A stretch of 64,000 nucleotides of DNA from Felis catus. Taxonomy: Eukaryota. The notes under the pieces are model-generated. The model searched no databases. It was not told the DNA's origin and saw nothing but the letters and a program-made list of their open reading frames with translations. The translations under genes were made by a program, and so were the position numbers. Positions 49,111 through 63,296 of this stretch are shown one piece after another. The DNA is taken from NCBI RefSeq assembly GCF_018350175.1, contig NC_058368.1, positions 187,056,001 to 187,120,000 on the forward strand. The letters are read 5' to 3'. Every line of letters starts with the position of its first letter. Position 1 is the stretch's first letter.

Positions 49111-50381
49111 AAAAGTATGTATACAGCAGCTGTAGCAATTTTCAAATATCTACGTTTATTCATACATTTAACTAATAGGTGCTACATACTGAGCACCGAC
49201 TGCACCTCAAATAATGGGTACCATAGAGAATACAAAAATGAATCCAGTAGATCCTCCCCTCTAGTAGAGTCCAATTTAGAAAGAGAGTGAAGACTTGTAT
49301 GTAAATTACTATATCACAAATTAAGGAGTATTGCTAAAATCTAGAGGACTAGGAACAATAGGTTACATCATTTTGGTGTTTCTCTGCCGCTGATAATTTC
49401 TCCAACAGCCTATGAATCATCCCATCAACTGGGATGAAAACCACTTTCACTAAACCACCTGGGATTTTCTTTTGTCCCCCAGAAGAGCTTTCAGTGTCAT
49501 GCTGATGCCCTTCCTGAGCAGAGAACAAAGATCTGTCATTTCTCTCTCTCTCCCCTCCCATTTCCCCTCTAATTAATTCAGGCTGGATAAACACTCAAAT
49601 GGATTTTGTAACTTTCCTTTCCACCAAAACCAGGACTTTTATTTTCATGATTCTATAAATTAGAAATCAGTACAGTTAATACTGAGGTTAGGCAATGTAA
49701 CCATAAGCTCCAGCTTCTCTGACTTGCCTGAAAAGGCTTTTGGGGGTCCATTGTGTTCATGGGGTTATCAGCCGGCCCCGCAAACACATCTGGAGGGAAG
49801 ACAGACACTAAGTGTTTTCTCTACTGTCCTGCTGGTTCAGATTTCATGTTACCCATCTGGACCATGCGGGGTGTTGCCTTCCCTGTTAGAATCACAGTGT
49901 GCTCCTTGAATTAATACTCCCTTACTAAATGGGGGAGTTCAGAGCAACCAGATCTCTGTAATTCTCCCTCTCAGTTCATCTGTTTTCTCTGTTTATTTAT
50001 TCATTCACTTATGTATTCATTTATTCAACAAATACTGATTAATCACCTCCCTTTTTATATACTCTGCCTATTCCCAAAAGGATCAGAGGTGGCTTGCAGG
50101 ATCAAACATAATGCAAAACAAGAAAACTAGGGATAAAAACAGAAAGAAAGGAGGAAGCCTTGCCACCAGCTCCAAAGGTGGTTTGCAATTCAGCCCTGGC
50201 TCTATTCCAACAAAACAGAGATTTGTCAGGTTTCTGGGTTTTTTCATTCTGCTCATCCAAAACATGCAAATTTGTGTGCAGAGTGTAACTTTTTCCTGCA
50301 ACTAAATACATTTATTGAACATCCACTGGAATGCTTTGTTCTTATATGCAAATGAATTCAGAATAAATGAAAGAATGAATT

Positions 50382-50854
50382 CAGTGGTTTCCAGATTTCA
50401 GCCATTTGTATGCCACTTTTCAAATGTTTGCTTAACTACATAACTGTTATTTATTTTGCAATTAAAAAAATTAACTTCTCAATTTATTTTAAAAAATGTG
50501 TCCCTTCCATAACTGTAACCTTTATATCAATTGCCCTCACTAAAAAGTAATGATAAAATGAATTAAAAGGAACATCACATTGCAAATAAACAATAGCACC
50601 TACCTAAAAACCTGAGCTTTGATGTCTTCCTGTGTGTTACCAAGGAAATTAGAATGTGTTAAGGATTAAAATCAAGCTAACACCAAATTGAGATAGCCAA
50701 TTCTTTTGCTTGCATCAATACAAAAGGAACTAAAAAAAGAAAAATCCCATTATAGACATCAGAGTTCCATTACTCCCTTTTAAGTAGTATCCTGCATTAT
50801 CTCACACTGCCTAAGACCCTATTACATATCATCCCCCTACGCTGGGAAGCACTG
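50382..50854. mobile_element. Non-autonomous hAT-Charlie-like DNA transposon
   Basis: Imperfect terminal inverted repeats CAGTGGTTTCCA...TGGGAAGCACTG around an AT-rich interior. No intact 8-bp TSD seen. Confidence 0.6.
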
Positions 50855-51499
50855 ATCTATTTAGTGACGTGGAAATTAGTGGGATAGAGTTTCTCTGCTA
50901 TCTGGAAGATAAGGAAGTCTTTGTAGACACTTGGGTTCATTCCAACAAGTATAATATCAAGCCTCTGTCACCCTCACCTCTACTACTCCGTGTTACCAAC
51001 AAAGAATTGCTGCAGTATGGTTAGTCTCAAAGCAGAACATGTGTGTCTCTTTGAGGAGTTAATCCAGATGACATTTTGGAAGACTTGCTTGGATCCTGCA
51101 GCAGTAAATTATGCTCATTTAATGATATTAGGTTGCTTATAAACAGTATGCTGGATAGCATAATTAACTGTTAGTAAATTTGGAAAGTCTCACAAATTTA
51201 AGAATATTCCCATTCACTTATTAGATGTCCTTAATTTCAAGGTGCTTAGATTTGGATCCTAATTTCTTCTCATACTCTAATGTACTCATCTACCTTCTTT
51301 TACATCAATAATACATATCAATAAACAGAATTACCTACTTAGGGAGTAGAGAACCTGTAAGAGGTAGCAGTGAAAATTAACAAATATACCAGCAATGGCA
51401 CCTGATTATAATGGACATCCAGTTTGGTTTTGTCTGTCTGTGTTGACAGGTTGGATGGTCTGCCATATCCGTTCAGAACTACCACTTTCTCTTCTCTCT

Positions 51500-51948
51500 T
51501 ACTGTGGGTTTGTGTTTCCCCAAAACTCATATGTGAAGTCTTAACTATTACCTAAGAATGTGATTTCATTTGTAAAAAGAAGTGTGCAGGTGTAATTAGT
51601 CAAGTTATGATAGGGTCACACTAAAGTAGGTGGGTTCCTAATCTGACTGGTACCCTCATGAAAAGGAGGAATGTGTACATACACACATAGAGGAAGAACA
51701 CCATGTGAACATGGGGGCAGAGATCAAGATAGCGTGTCTATAAGCCAAGGCAGATAAAAGATTGCTAACAAAACAAAAAAGGAGGAAGTCATGAACCAAA
51801 TTCTCTCTCCTGCCCTCAAGAATGAACCAACTCTGCCAACACCTTGATCTGGGACTTTTAGCCTCTGAAACTATAAGGCCATAAATCTCTGTAGGTTAAG
51901 CTACCCAGTTTGTGACACTTTGTCATAGCAGCCCTAGTGAACTGATAT
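51500..51948 (+). mobile_element. MaLR solo LTR (MLT1A/B-like)
   Basis: ccccaaaactcatatgtgaagtc...ccaactctgccaacaccttgatctgggacttttagcctctgaaacta...ataaatctctg...aagctacccagtttgtg...atagcagccctag. Confidence 0.88.
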
Positions 51949-52573
51949 CTCTTCACCACCCTCCTGCAAGAGGGAAGGGTTGGAGACTTGGCACATGCTG
52001 TCATTTGCTCAAATAACAAGTCTCATAACTGTCAGTCAATACACCATATGCGCAAATGTACACTTGACTCGGAAGAGTCTTCCAGAACTTCCAAGAAAAC
52101 CAAGTGGCACTTTTATTTAAGAAATTGACATTAATTTGGGTGTTATTTAGTTGATTTGTTGATGAAAAATTTACATAATTTCCAGGGACAAAAAAAAAAG
52201 CTTTATCTGTCTTTTAATATGCTGAGATTTTCTGATAGAGCTTCAAGGGAAAAGTAGCAGTGATTACTTAAATGGCATTTAGTTTATTGATTGTTGGACT
52301 ATATAAACAATACTGATCTAACATAGAAAAGTAGCCATGTCTACTCTAAGTTTTAATAAGCTTAAAGTAAAGAGCATGGGGCCTTTTGTTAGCATTTTTT
52401 AAACTTCTAATGTTCTCTATTTTTGTGAATATTTGTTTTGTAACTTGGAAAGCTTATACTTAATGTGTAAGTAATTAATTACTTTAACTGTAACATTAGT
52501 AATAACTATTAAATCTCTACCTAAATAGTATCTATCAACTTAGTTATAAGCATTATAAAACTGGTATATCTTT

Positions 52574-52791
52574 AGGGTGTCTGGGTGGCTCAAAAGGTTA
52601 AGCACTGACTTCAGCTCAGGTCAGAATCTCACGTTTCTGGGCTTGAGTCCCATGTCAGACTCTGTGCCAACAGCTCAGAGCTTGGAACCTGCTTCAGATT
52701 CCATGTCTCCCTCTCTCTCTGCCCTTTCCCCTTCGTGCTTTGTCTCTCTCACTCTCTCTCTCAAAAATAAATAAACATTAAAATTAAAAAA
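52574..52791 (+). mobile_element. Can-SINE
   Basis: TSD AAAACT(G/A)GTATATCTT at 52557-52572 and 52792-52807. Confidence 0.94.
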
Positions 52792-52809
52792 AAAACTAGT
52801 ATATCTTCT

Positions 52810-54050
52810 CTTTTCCCCTTTATTCACCACCCAGTATACAGTACTATCTTTGGTGTTTTCTTATGTTCTGTTAGACTTGTGGTGTTCACTTCATCATTCT
52901 GGGCTATAAAACGTAAGATAGTCACTGTATTTATATCACCTACCCTATTTGTCCCTTTTCTCTTCCCAACTTTTGTCAGGATAATAAAATGTGTATTTTG
53001 CACTAAAACTGTTATCCCTACATGACATTTAGTCTCATTCCTGCAAATGAATAGATTCAGACCTCACCACAACTCTTTTTGCTGTAATTTTTATAATCCT
53101 CTTTGAGTGAGCTGATCTTTTTCCTCCAACAGAACTTTCAGTGAAGACTCTTGGGACCAATATTCCAGAAGTTCTTGTATTTTCCAAAATGCAGTTCATA
53201 GTTTGGCTAGGGGTCAGGTTCTTAAACCATATTTTCTATTCTTGAGGATTTTTAAGGCAATGCTACCTTTCTTTGAGCATTTGCTGGAGCCATTTTCCCA
53301 CCTTACCCAAGACCTGAATAGTTTCTCTCTGGCTGCCTAAAGGATCCCCTCTTTATCCCTGATATGTGGTAACTTCATGAGGGTATGTCATCATGTTGGC
53401 TATTCTGTGTCACCTCTTTTGTAGAACATAGACTACCCTTTCAAACTATATATCCAACTCTTTCTCTGTGTTTAATTTTTTTTCTTTAATTGCTTAATTA
53501 ATAATTTTCAATATCTGCTTTACTTACCTATTTCCATTTTCCTCATAAAAAGCTCCAATTATACACATACTGGACAATCCCATCTGCCTTTGAGATCATT
53601 AATTTCTCTCTCATGAATCCTTTTTAACATTTCTTATTCCTATATTCTGTAGTCTACTGCATTTATAGCAACTTCTGTTCTTCCTTGTGTTGTTTCTCAG
53701 GTCAGATTCATTTTTTGTTGTTGTTGGCTTCTCACTTATCCTCCATTTCTTTCCTTACACCAAACACTTTTCTAGGCTTTAGAGTTCTGACATGATCTCT
53801 GCATTTTAGCAATGATTGCTTCATGAGGTAGTTTTGTTGTGCCAGTTCACAATGAAATCTTGGTCATACTTTTATATTCTCCATGGCAATTTTTTTTTGT
53901 TGACTGTTGTTTTACTTTGCTTTCCCTGTTTCATTTTCTTTTTCTCTGCATAGTATCTAGCTATAATATTGACATCTTTTATAATTTTCTTTGTGAATCT
54001 TTGAATAAGATTCCTTGATACCAAGCCAGTTATTTACAGGAGGTTTTGAT
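52810..54050 (-). mobile_element. Highly diverged L1/HAL1-like ORF1 relic
   Basis: T-rich strand with tagtttggctag...ttcttgagga...ggcaatgct, similar to minus-strand ORF1 of ancient L1/HAL1. Boundaries approximate. Confidence 0.45.
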
Positions 54051-54869
54051 GAAGGAGTTGCTAGGGGAGATTTTTACAGGGAAGGATTTGTAAGTTTTTC
54101 TAGACTTTCTTTCCCCAGCTGAAAGGAATAGGCAATTACAGGACTAATTTCTGTCACACAGTTACATTGGCCTTGAAATTAGGAATTTTTATAATTTTTA
54201 GTCCTATTCCCTGAGCTTGTCTTAACCAAAAGGAGACTGAAAGTGAGATGATAAATGATAGTAGCCTATGAGATGAAATACATTGTCCAGTTCTCATACT
54301 GATGGGCAAAATGAAAGCTGTTAGATGTGGTACCTGAGTTTATGGCTGGGTTGGGTAGAGTACAGTAATAACAACTTCCATTAAGTATTAGGCCAGATAT
54401 ACATGCATACATATGAGATACAGATATATAGAGAGGAAACTTATAATAATCATGTAAAGCAGATATTACTTTGCTTATTTTTCAGAATAAGAAACTAAGA
54501 CTGAGAGATCAAGTAGCTTTTCAAGTTCAAATAGCCAGGAAAAGGTGGCAGAGGTGAAATTAACTAGGTCTGAGTGAATCAATTCTAATGCATATTCAAC
54601 CTAACTTACTCCCCAGTGGTTGATACATAATTAACCCATAATAGGAATTAATTGGCTTTCCTATTTAATGCAATTGAATAATTATAGATAGGGTACATAC
54701 TACATTATACTTCAACAACTATTGAGGGCTCCAAATTTTGATTCTCTTAATTTAAATAGATATAATGGTATAAATTCCAGCAGTCTCCTCACAAAATATT
54801 CCTAATATTCAAAAGCATACCTAATACATAATCCCAATGAATCCTAATCATTATCAATGCATATGTCTT

Positions 54870-56470
54870 TTATTTTATTTTTTAAATTTACATCCCAATT
54901 AGTTAGCATATAGTGTAACAATGATTTCAGGAGTAGATTTCTTTTTCTTTTTTTTTTAATTTTTTTTTAACGTTTATTTATTTTTGAGACAGAGAGAGAC
55001 AGAGCATGAATGGGGGAGGGTCAGAGAGAGGGAGACACAGAATCCGAAACAGGCTTCAGGCTCTGAGTTGTCAGCACAGAGCCTGATGCGGGGCTCGAAC
55101 TCACGGACCACAAGATCATGACCTGAGCCAAAGTCGGAGATCCAACCAACTGAGCCACCCAGGGTCCCCTCAGGAGTAGATTTCTTAATGCCCCTTACCC
55201 ATTTAGCCCATCCCCCCTCCCACAACCCCTCCAGTAACCCTCTGTTCTCCATATTTAAGAGTCTCTTGTGTTTTGTTCTCCTCCCTGTTTTTATATTATT
55301 TTTGCTTCCCTTTCCTTATGTTCATCTGTTCTGTGTCTTAAAGTTCTCATATGAGTGAAATCATATATTTGTCTTTCTCTGACTAATTTCATTTAGCATA
55401 ATACCCTCTAGTTCCATCCACGTTGTTGCAAATGGTAAGATTCCATTCTTTTTGATTGCCGAGTAATACTCCATTGTATATGTATACTGCATTTTCTTTA
55501 TCTATTCATCCATTGATGGACATTTGGGCTCTTTCCATACTTTGACTATTGTTGAGAGTGCTTCTATAAACATGGGGGTGCATGTGCCCCTTCAAAACAG
55601 CACACCTGTATCCCTTGGATAAATGCCTAGTAGTGCAATTGCTAGGTCATAGGGTAGTTCTATTTTTAATTTTTTGAGGAACTTCCAGACTGTTTTCCAG
55701 AATGGCTGACCAGCTTGCAAAAGAGATCCTCTTTCTCTGCATCCTCGCCAACATCTGTTGTTGCCTGAGTTGTTCATGTTAGCCATTCTGACAGGTGTAA
55801 GGTGATAGCTCATTGTGGTTTTGATTTGTATTCCCCTGATGATGAATGATGTTGAGCATTTTTTCGTGTGTCAGTTGGCCATCTGGGTTGTCTTCTTTGG
55901 AAAAGTGTCTATTCTATCTTTTGCCCACTTCTTCACTGGATTATTTGTTTTTTGGGTGTTGAGTTTGATAAGTTCTTTATAGATTTTGGATACTAACCCT
56001 TTATCTGATGTGTCATCTGCAAATATCTTCTCCCATCCTGTCGGTTGCCTTTTAGTTTTGCTGATTGTTTCCTTTGTTGTGCAGAAGCTTTTTATTTTGA
56101 TGAAGTTCCAATATTTCATTTTTGCTTTTGTTTCCCTTGCCTCCAGAGACGTGTTGAGTAAGAAGTTGCTGCAGCCAAGATCAAAGAGGTTTTTGCCTGC
56201 TTTCTCCTCAAGGATTTTGATGACTTCATGTCTTACACTTAGGTCTTTCATCCATTTTGAGTTTATTTGTGTGTATGGTGTAAGAAAGTGGTCCAGCTTC
56301 ATTCTTCTGCATGTTGCTGTGCAGTTTTCCCAGCACCATTTGCTGAAGAGACTGTCTTTATTTAATTGGACATTCTTTCCTGCTTTGTCAATGATTAGTT
56401 GGCCATATGTTTGTGGGTCCATTATTGGGTTCTCTATTCTGTTCTATTGATCTGTCTGTTTTTGTGCCAA
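54870..56470 (-). mobile_element. 5'-truncated felid LINE-1 (ORF2 C-terminal part plus 3'UTR)
   Basis: Minus ORFs 55871-56422 (DPQTYGQLI...KDSLFSKWCWEN...LVSKIYKEL) and 55592-55813 closely match the C-terminus of the ORF2 at 36487-40296; T-rich tail at left. Confidence 0.95.
54944..55169 (-). mobile_element. Can-SINE nested in an L1 3'UTR
   Basis: Perfect 17-bp TSD TCAGGAGTAGATTTCTT at 54927-54943 and 55170-55186. Confidence 0.97.
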
Positions 56471-58531
56471 ATTTGTAGGTCTTATAGAAGGTTACTTAAC
56501 ATTCTAAAGGTTAGAATAGTAGTTTGTAGTTGATTGGTCAAGAGAAGGAAGTCTTTTCTTTGTAAATCTATGATAATTCAACCTGACTTCCAGATCAGAG
56601 AGATATACTTACGCTTTTGTTGTAAGAAAAATAATTTGAGAGAGTATGTTTTCATATCAGATATGAACTTGTTTCTGATCACATGTTCATATGCCTTAGA
56701 AATGAGGTTCTTGTTGGAAAAAAATGCAAACTTTTTTTGTCCCAAATTCTTAAACTTCATACCAATGGTTTCAGCAAATGAAATGTTGAATGCATGTGGG
56801 GAAATTGGGTAAAGCCTCATTTAAAACCCTGCAATGATTACTTATAAATTTAAATGAGAGAAAAGGAATAAAAAGGATCAAATGGACTTGTAGGTTTTCC
56901 CTGATATGAAAACCAACTCCTCAACGTATTGAAGTTGATGGAGAAGCCAGGAGAATTCAGGCAAAAAGTCAAATAGACACTCACTCTTTGTGCAAAATTA
57001 GCCACTACTCCACCCCAGATGTGGAGATGGTATTCTGGCAGCTTCTCTTGGGGGAAAAGGTTCTGTTGTTTTTGTATGGGAGCTTCAGAGGGCAGGCCAG
57101 GCATGTCTGTGCAAACCAGGCTTAATACCCCTCTAGCTTTGTGATGCTCAGGATTTGGTTGATTTTCACAGTTCTTAAAGACCTCACTCTTTAGCTCTTT
57201 TAAGTGGCATGAATGCAGTGAAATAATGAAGCCAGAGCTGTAAAATGTACTTGAGAACCGGTAATATGAAGGGTAACGTTACCAAATACCTTGAGTTTTA
57301 AGATTTCATCAATTATACACTGCATTTATAAATTAAATAATAGCATATGGAGATTTAAAATATCTCACTAAGGGTATTTATCAAATGTAAGATGCACCAC
57401 AGTTTCAGAAACATTAGTATGTAAAACAGTGAGAATATATGGTAATATGACCTTTGATCTGAAACTAATTTGAATGAATCTTTTCAATAGAATTTACCAG
57501 CAGGAGAAAAGTTACCAAGGATAGTGGAATATTAATCACTGCTGAGGTTGATGGAAAATCAAGGATGAACCTGTCATGCTATAAGTCTTTGGCCCAATTC
57601 AGAGTTAGTTGCAATGTAGACAATGTAGAATTGTGGGGATGCCCACTTTCGGACATATAGTTGGGGAACCTTTATATGATGTTAGTGTGTTGATTGAGGA
57701 GATGGGATTCCACTCTGCAGGGGCACCAAAATTCAAGGCAGACCCTGCAAATCAGAAATGATATTTTTAAATCAATATTATACAGATATGAAGTGAAGGA
57801 GTGATAGAATGGAGAAAATTTTTGAAGATGTTTGACAAGGCTTTGGAAGTCTTTGCCAGACTATTTGGATGCAAAAGTGCCCATAGCAAACGTGTGATGC
57901 CTCTGCCTCCGCTATCCTATGCAGGAAAGGCATTAGGGAAATATCTTACTGGATGAATCAAATACTTGAGCCTACTAAAAATGTCACATTGTGGGATCCA
58001 GAGTCTGTTGCTCTTGGACCAAAGTCCCAACAGACACTTTATATACCATTGTTTATTGTCACAGACTGCATGATGCTTTGGCTCCAGCCTTTGGTCAAAC
58101 CAAGATGTTAAAGATGATACCTAACCAAGAGCACCGAAGTTATCAGAAAGTGCAGCCCCATTACCCTTTTTTCTATATCTTTTATAATAGAAGAACACTA
58201 AGAGGTAAAAATAATAATAAGGGATAGGCTTACTTGGGCTGTTGAGGGAGTAAGTGAATAAGAATTTAGGATTTATGGGCCTTACACATCCATACACAGG
58301 AAGAGCTTGAGAAATCTTAGAACATTTTAAGAAGGGCTCTCATCCCAATCCATATATCCATAGTAACTGTAAGTGGTTCTCCTGTCCACTTTATGTAGAA
58401 CAGCCCAGTTTGATTTAAAAGTGTTACAGGAGAGAAAGAAGTTCTTTGATCGATCAATCCATTGTCAAGTATTGGCTTCTTACTATAAGCTCAGGATGGT
58501 GACACAGAGACCACACAAAAAGTAAGGCATA

Positions 58532-58746
58532 GGAGCACCTAGGTGGCTCAGTTGGTTAAGTGTCTGACTTCAGCCTAGGTCATGATCTCACTGTTCCCGA
58601 GTTTGAGCCCCACATTGGACTCTGTGCTGACAGCTCTGAGCCTGAAGCCTGTTTCAGATTCTGTGTCTCCCTGTGTCTCTCTACCCCTCCCCCCTTCAGG
58701 CTGTGTCTCTCTCTCAAAAATAAACATTAAAAATTTTTTTTCAAAG
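58532..58746 (+). mobile_element. Can-SINE
   Basis: TSD AAGTAAGG(C/T)ATA at 58520-58531 and 58747-58758. Confidence 0.94.
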
Positions 58747-59059
58747 AAGTAAGGTATAATTCCTGCAGGAAAAGTTACTAAAATTCCAGTTGGAGATAAT
58801 ACTAATGCAACTGATTATGTAGTAAGTAGTTGATAATTGGGGATTAAATTGTATTGTAACTACAAAGAATCCAAAAGGAAATGGGTCATTGAGAACAAAG
58901 AAATTTGAGGTGTATTCTTAGAGAAAATGTCAAAAATAGATATCTCCATCAGTATTTCCACAACTGTATATGTTTCCCATTATGTGCTAAGAATTGTAAT
59001 AGGTGCTATCTTTGTTCTTTATTTCATCGTCTACACATAAATTATTGTGACTGTCATAA

Positions 59060-59285
59060 CAATGGCTAATCTTTATTTAGAGCTCAAAGAGTACTACACA
59101 CTATATTTGTGTTATCTACGAATTATGTGGTGATGGTATTCCCTCATTATAGGTGAGGTTATTAAGGCTTAAAGAGGTACAGTAACTTGCTCAAGTTCAC
59201 ATGACTAGCAAGAAGCCAGAATTTGAACCCAGAACCATTTAAGTTAAAAGACCTAGCTCCTACCCATGACCATATGCCACCTCTT
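59060..59285 (-). mobile_element. MIR SINE
   Basis: agaggtacagtaacttgctcaagttcacatgactagcaag...atttgaacccag. Confidence 0.75.
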
Positions 59286-59321
59286 CAGCCTCTTCTGAAA
59301 CTAAACAAGTGGCAATTTCTT

Positions 59322-59550
59322 TTTTTTTTTAATTGTTTAACATTTGTTTATTCTTAGAGAGAGAGAGGGAGGGAGGGAGAGAACACAAGCAGGGGAGGGG
59401 AAGAGAGAGAAGGAGACATCAAATCCAAAGCAGGCTCCAGGCTCCCAGCTGTCAGCACAGAGCCTAATGTGGGGCTTGAACTCATGAACCACAACATCAT
59501 GACCTGAACCACAGTCCAACTCTCAACTGACTTAGCCACCCAGGCGCCCC
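59322..59550 (-). mobile_element. Can-SINE
   Basis: Perfect 18-bp TSD AACAAGTGGCAATTTCTT at 59304-59321 and 59551-59568. Confidence 0.96.
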
Positions 59551-59724
59551 AACAAGTGGCAATTTCTTAATCATTTGTGCTACACTTAAGTCTTTAATTT
59601 TCCTCAAAAATTACATTGTAAACACCTAATTTTGCCAGCTTCCATAATATCTTTATATCATAAGATTCTCAAAGCCATAATAACCAAAATTCACATGAGT
59701 TGAAACAAAAAAAAATCAGAATAA

Positions 59725-60205
59725 CATGGATAGAACTTGGGGGCATTCTGTTAAGTGAAATAACTTTGATAAAGCAGGATAAATACGGTATGATCTCACA
59801 TCTATGTGGAATCTAGGAGGAAGAAAAAGGACCATCAAATAAAAACCAAGCTCATAGATGCAGAGAACAGGTTAGTGGTTGCCATAGGTGGAAGTTTGGG
59901 ATGGGTAAGATGGCTGAAGAGGGCCAAAGGTACAAACTTCCAGTTATACAATGAGTCATGGAAATATAATGTACAGCATGGTGACTATAGTTAGTAACAC
60001 TGTGTTGCTGCATAGTTGAAAGTTGCTAAAAGAATAGATATTAAAACTCTTCAACACAAGAAGAAAAAAAATGAAGCTGCATGGTGGTGAATGTTAATTA
60101 GATGTATTGTGGTGATCATTTCACAGTGTGTACAAATATTAAATCATTATGTTGTAATCTGAAACTAATACAATGTTATATGTCAGCTATACCTCAGTTA
60201 AAAAC
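59725..60205 (+). mobile_element. 5'-truncated old L1 3' end (L1MA-like)
   Basis: L1 3'UTR text; TSD AAAATCA(G/A)AATAA at 59712-59724 and 60206-60218. Confidence 0.85.
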
Positions 60206-60805
60206 AAAATCAAAATAATGCAAGCTCCATCACAGCATTAGGAGAGTTGGGAACATATGCTATGCAATCACAAAGAACAATGGTAGGTCATTTTGGCAAC
60301 AGTGGCATTCAAAAACTCAAATATTGAAAACCAAAAATATGAAACAGTTTATAGTATTTTGTCTTTAAAGGCTTCATGACGTAAATTACACTGACAGTCT
60401 GGTGATGAAAAGTGGTGATGTGGCCTTGGAACCACACAAGTGACCAATTATATATAAACTATTTATATATGCAAAGGAAGAGGATAAGCATTCATTCAAT
60501 GCCAGACAGTGTTCTAAGAACAGTAAATACTGTGTATGTTAATATGTATGAAATCAATTATCCTGTTGTAAACCCTAGTGAATCAATCTTTTATTCCATC
60601 TTAAGAAACGAGATTTTTCTGTATCTTTGTCATTACAGATATTGGCACAAGTTATTTAGAAGAAGAAAAGCAACACCATTTCCATAGTTGTTATTCCTAT
60701 GTCTGGTAAGTTTTAGTTCTTATGTATTCTTCCTATGAAGTTGCATTTTAGAATATGATTATAATATATTTGTTGTTTGTGCCTGTTAAGAATCCCTGAC
60801 CTCCT

Positions 60806-60993
60806 GGGGCACCTGGGTGGCTCAGTCAGTTAAGCAGCTGACTTTGGCTCAAGTCATGATCTCATGATTCATGGGTTCAGGCCCCACCTCAGGCTCTGTG
60901 TTGACAGCTTGGAGCCTGGAGCCTGGAGCCTGCTTCACATTGTGTCTCCCTCTCCCTCTGCCTCTCCCCTGCTGGTGCGCTCTCTCGCGCGCG

Positions 60994-61037
<44 letters not shown>

Positions 61038-61076
61038 AATAAATAAACATGTTTAAAAAAAATTTTTTTAAAGAAA
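60806..61076 (+). mobile_element. Can-SINE with (CG)6(CT)n tract
   Basis: TSD AAGAATCCCTGAC(C/A)TCCT at 60788-60805 and 61077-61094. Confidence 0.95.
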
Positions 61077-61109
61077 AAGAATCCCTGACATCCTTCTGAC
61101 AACCACTTT

Positions 61110-61484
61110 TCTGGTGAATAATGTGTTTCATGTGGTTAAAAGAGATGGCTTTGTACAGCAATGTGTACATGAGTTGGTGAATCAGAGTATTCATCCCTGT
61201 GGCAACAGTAATTGGTCCAGGAATGAGCCCCAGTGCAAAGTGAACTAATCAGAGGCTTTCCTGGGACTTGGGCAAAATAAAATGTTTTAGGAAAAGCTTT
61301 CTAATGAGGCTGAGTCACTATGTGTGTCTGGAGTTCCAAAAGGGCACCTGGCCTACCACATGGAGAAAGTCAGCCTAAAACCTGCAAGGAGAGAGCTTAT
61401 GACACTCCAGTTATGTGGGCCAATAGATTCCTCTTCTTGCTTAATTAGCTTGAGCTAGGTAGAAAACAGTACTGTCTAAATACA
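61110..61484 (+). mobile_element. Old LTR relic (MLT1K/L-like)
   Basis: catccctgtggcaacagtaattggtccagg...aatcagag...ccagttatgtgggccaatagattcctc...ctaaataca. Confidence 0.55.
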
Positions 61485-62463
61485 GTGATTATGGTAACCT
61501 CATGGAAACAATGAGTAGCTACAAAATAAGTGAGAAATTATAAGACAGACTTAGCAGTGACATTGACTTGTGACCTCAAGCAAGCTACTTTGTCTTCACG
61601 AGTCTGTCTCCTTTATCAGTGGATATACTAATACTGGATCACATAAAATCTGAGACCCTATGTCATCTTCTGTTTTTATTCCAAATTCCATTGCTTTAAC
61701 TTTATTAATTCATAGTTATCTCACCTAGAAGTCATAGGGAATGGTGAGTGATACACACTGCTTATTAGCACATCTAATTAATGCAAGGCTTGTATTTTTA
61801 GATGAAGATCACATCTCTCTGTTCCCAGGCCTCATTCCACCTCTAGCCCAAGAAGCTACCTTGCAAATGTGTGATGTTAGACAGTCACAGGGCTGATACA
61901 ACAGTTCATGCTTGGCTCTGAGAAAATCTATCCTTTCCACCTGGAAAATCATCTTGAATACTTGTACTCAATGGATAGAAAATCATATCCAAAGGCCACT
62001 GTGCTATGTCTCTTACTTCATGTCTTTATTTTTTCCTTTATGTTCTTAAACATTTATTCCAACCAATGATTTCCACACAAATGCACAGTGAAAACTTCTA
62101 ATTCTTTTGGAAAGGAGATTCACATCTATTACATTCAAACACAAACATGGATATGCTAATCAACTCTGAGACTAGAAATTCAACTTTAGCAGCTGTATCC
62201 TAATTCTGCTGAAAGTTCTATACTATTTGTCATTTACCTCCTAAACTAAGTGAAAAGTATCATATATGGATATCATCATATCTTTTGGATTTTAATCTGC
62301 ACAGATTATTAAAATCGTACAATTTTTAAAAACTTGCGTCTATCCTATGACATTCTGCTGTATGGCAAGCTGTTCAGGAAGAGTGCCAGTTCCGTCTGTG
62401 TTCTAAAATGAAGATTAAGCCTCACAATAAGGCCAAGAGCTTACTCGAAATTTAAAAGATGTT

Positions 62464-62672
62464 GGGGCACCTGGGTGGCTCAACCAGTTAAGCAGCCGAC
62501 CTAGGCTCAGGTCATGATCTTGCGGTCCGTGAGTTCGAGCCCCGCGTCGGGCTCTGTGCTAACAGCTCAGAGCCTGGAGCCTGTTTCAGATTCTGTGTCT
62601 CCCTCTCTCTGACCCTCCCCCGTTCATGCTCTGTCTCTCTCTGTCTCAAAAATAAATAAACTTTAAAAAAAA
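62464..62672 (+). mobile_element. Can-SINE (relatively young)
   Basis: TSD AAAAGATGTT at 62454-62463 and 62673-62682. Confidence 0.96.
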
Positions 62673-62888
62673 AAAAGATGTTGTCACTTTATGGATATAG
62701 ACATAAACGAGACCAGTGTCATAGATAGGCAGGTGAGTTTTCCTAGTTGGATCCTGTTACAACTATCTGTTGTTAATTAAATTTATTTCCAGCATCCCCA
62801 GATATTAACAAATGGGTTTCACTGCATATGAAGAACCACCATTTGTAAGTTCTGTAGATATTCTCACATGCAACTACATACAACTCTT

Positions 62889-63089
62889 TTTTTTTAATTT
62901 TTTAACATTTTTTTATTATTGAGAGACAGAGCATGAGCATGGGAGGGGCAGAGAGAGGGGGAGACACAGAATCTGAGGCAAGCTCCAGGCTCTGAGCTGT
63001 CAGCACAGAGCCCCAGGTGGGACTCAAACTCACATACCACGAGATCATGACCTGAGCCGAAGTCCGACGCTTAACCGACTGAGGCAACC
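62889..63089 (-). mobile_element. Can-SINE, slightly 5'-truncated
   Basis: TSD ACATA(C/T)AACTCTT at 62876-62888 and 63090-63102. Confidence 0.94.
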
Positions 63090-63296
63090 ACATATAACTC
63101 TTATATAATCCTAGACATACATAGATATTTATGTGCTTTATACAGGTTTTTTGTTTGTTTTTAATCCTGGACTGGCGCCTCCTTAGTGATTAATTTTCTA
63201 GGAACCTCTAGTTAATTTTCTATATAAGCAGAGAGAATTAGGAAGCCCAATTGCTATGTCAGGGCATTTGATATTCTCTAAAGTTGCAACTTTCAA

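Noticed and set aside
49349..49594. 81-aa minus-strand ORF in unique sequence
   Set aside because: No family match I can recognise and no convincing splice boundaries.
7151..63093. Recurrent short ORFs (e.g. MAQSV...SAQVMIS...LEPASDSVS, ERERER, SLSLSL)
   Set aside because: Translations of Can-SINE bodies and their microsatellites, not genes.
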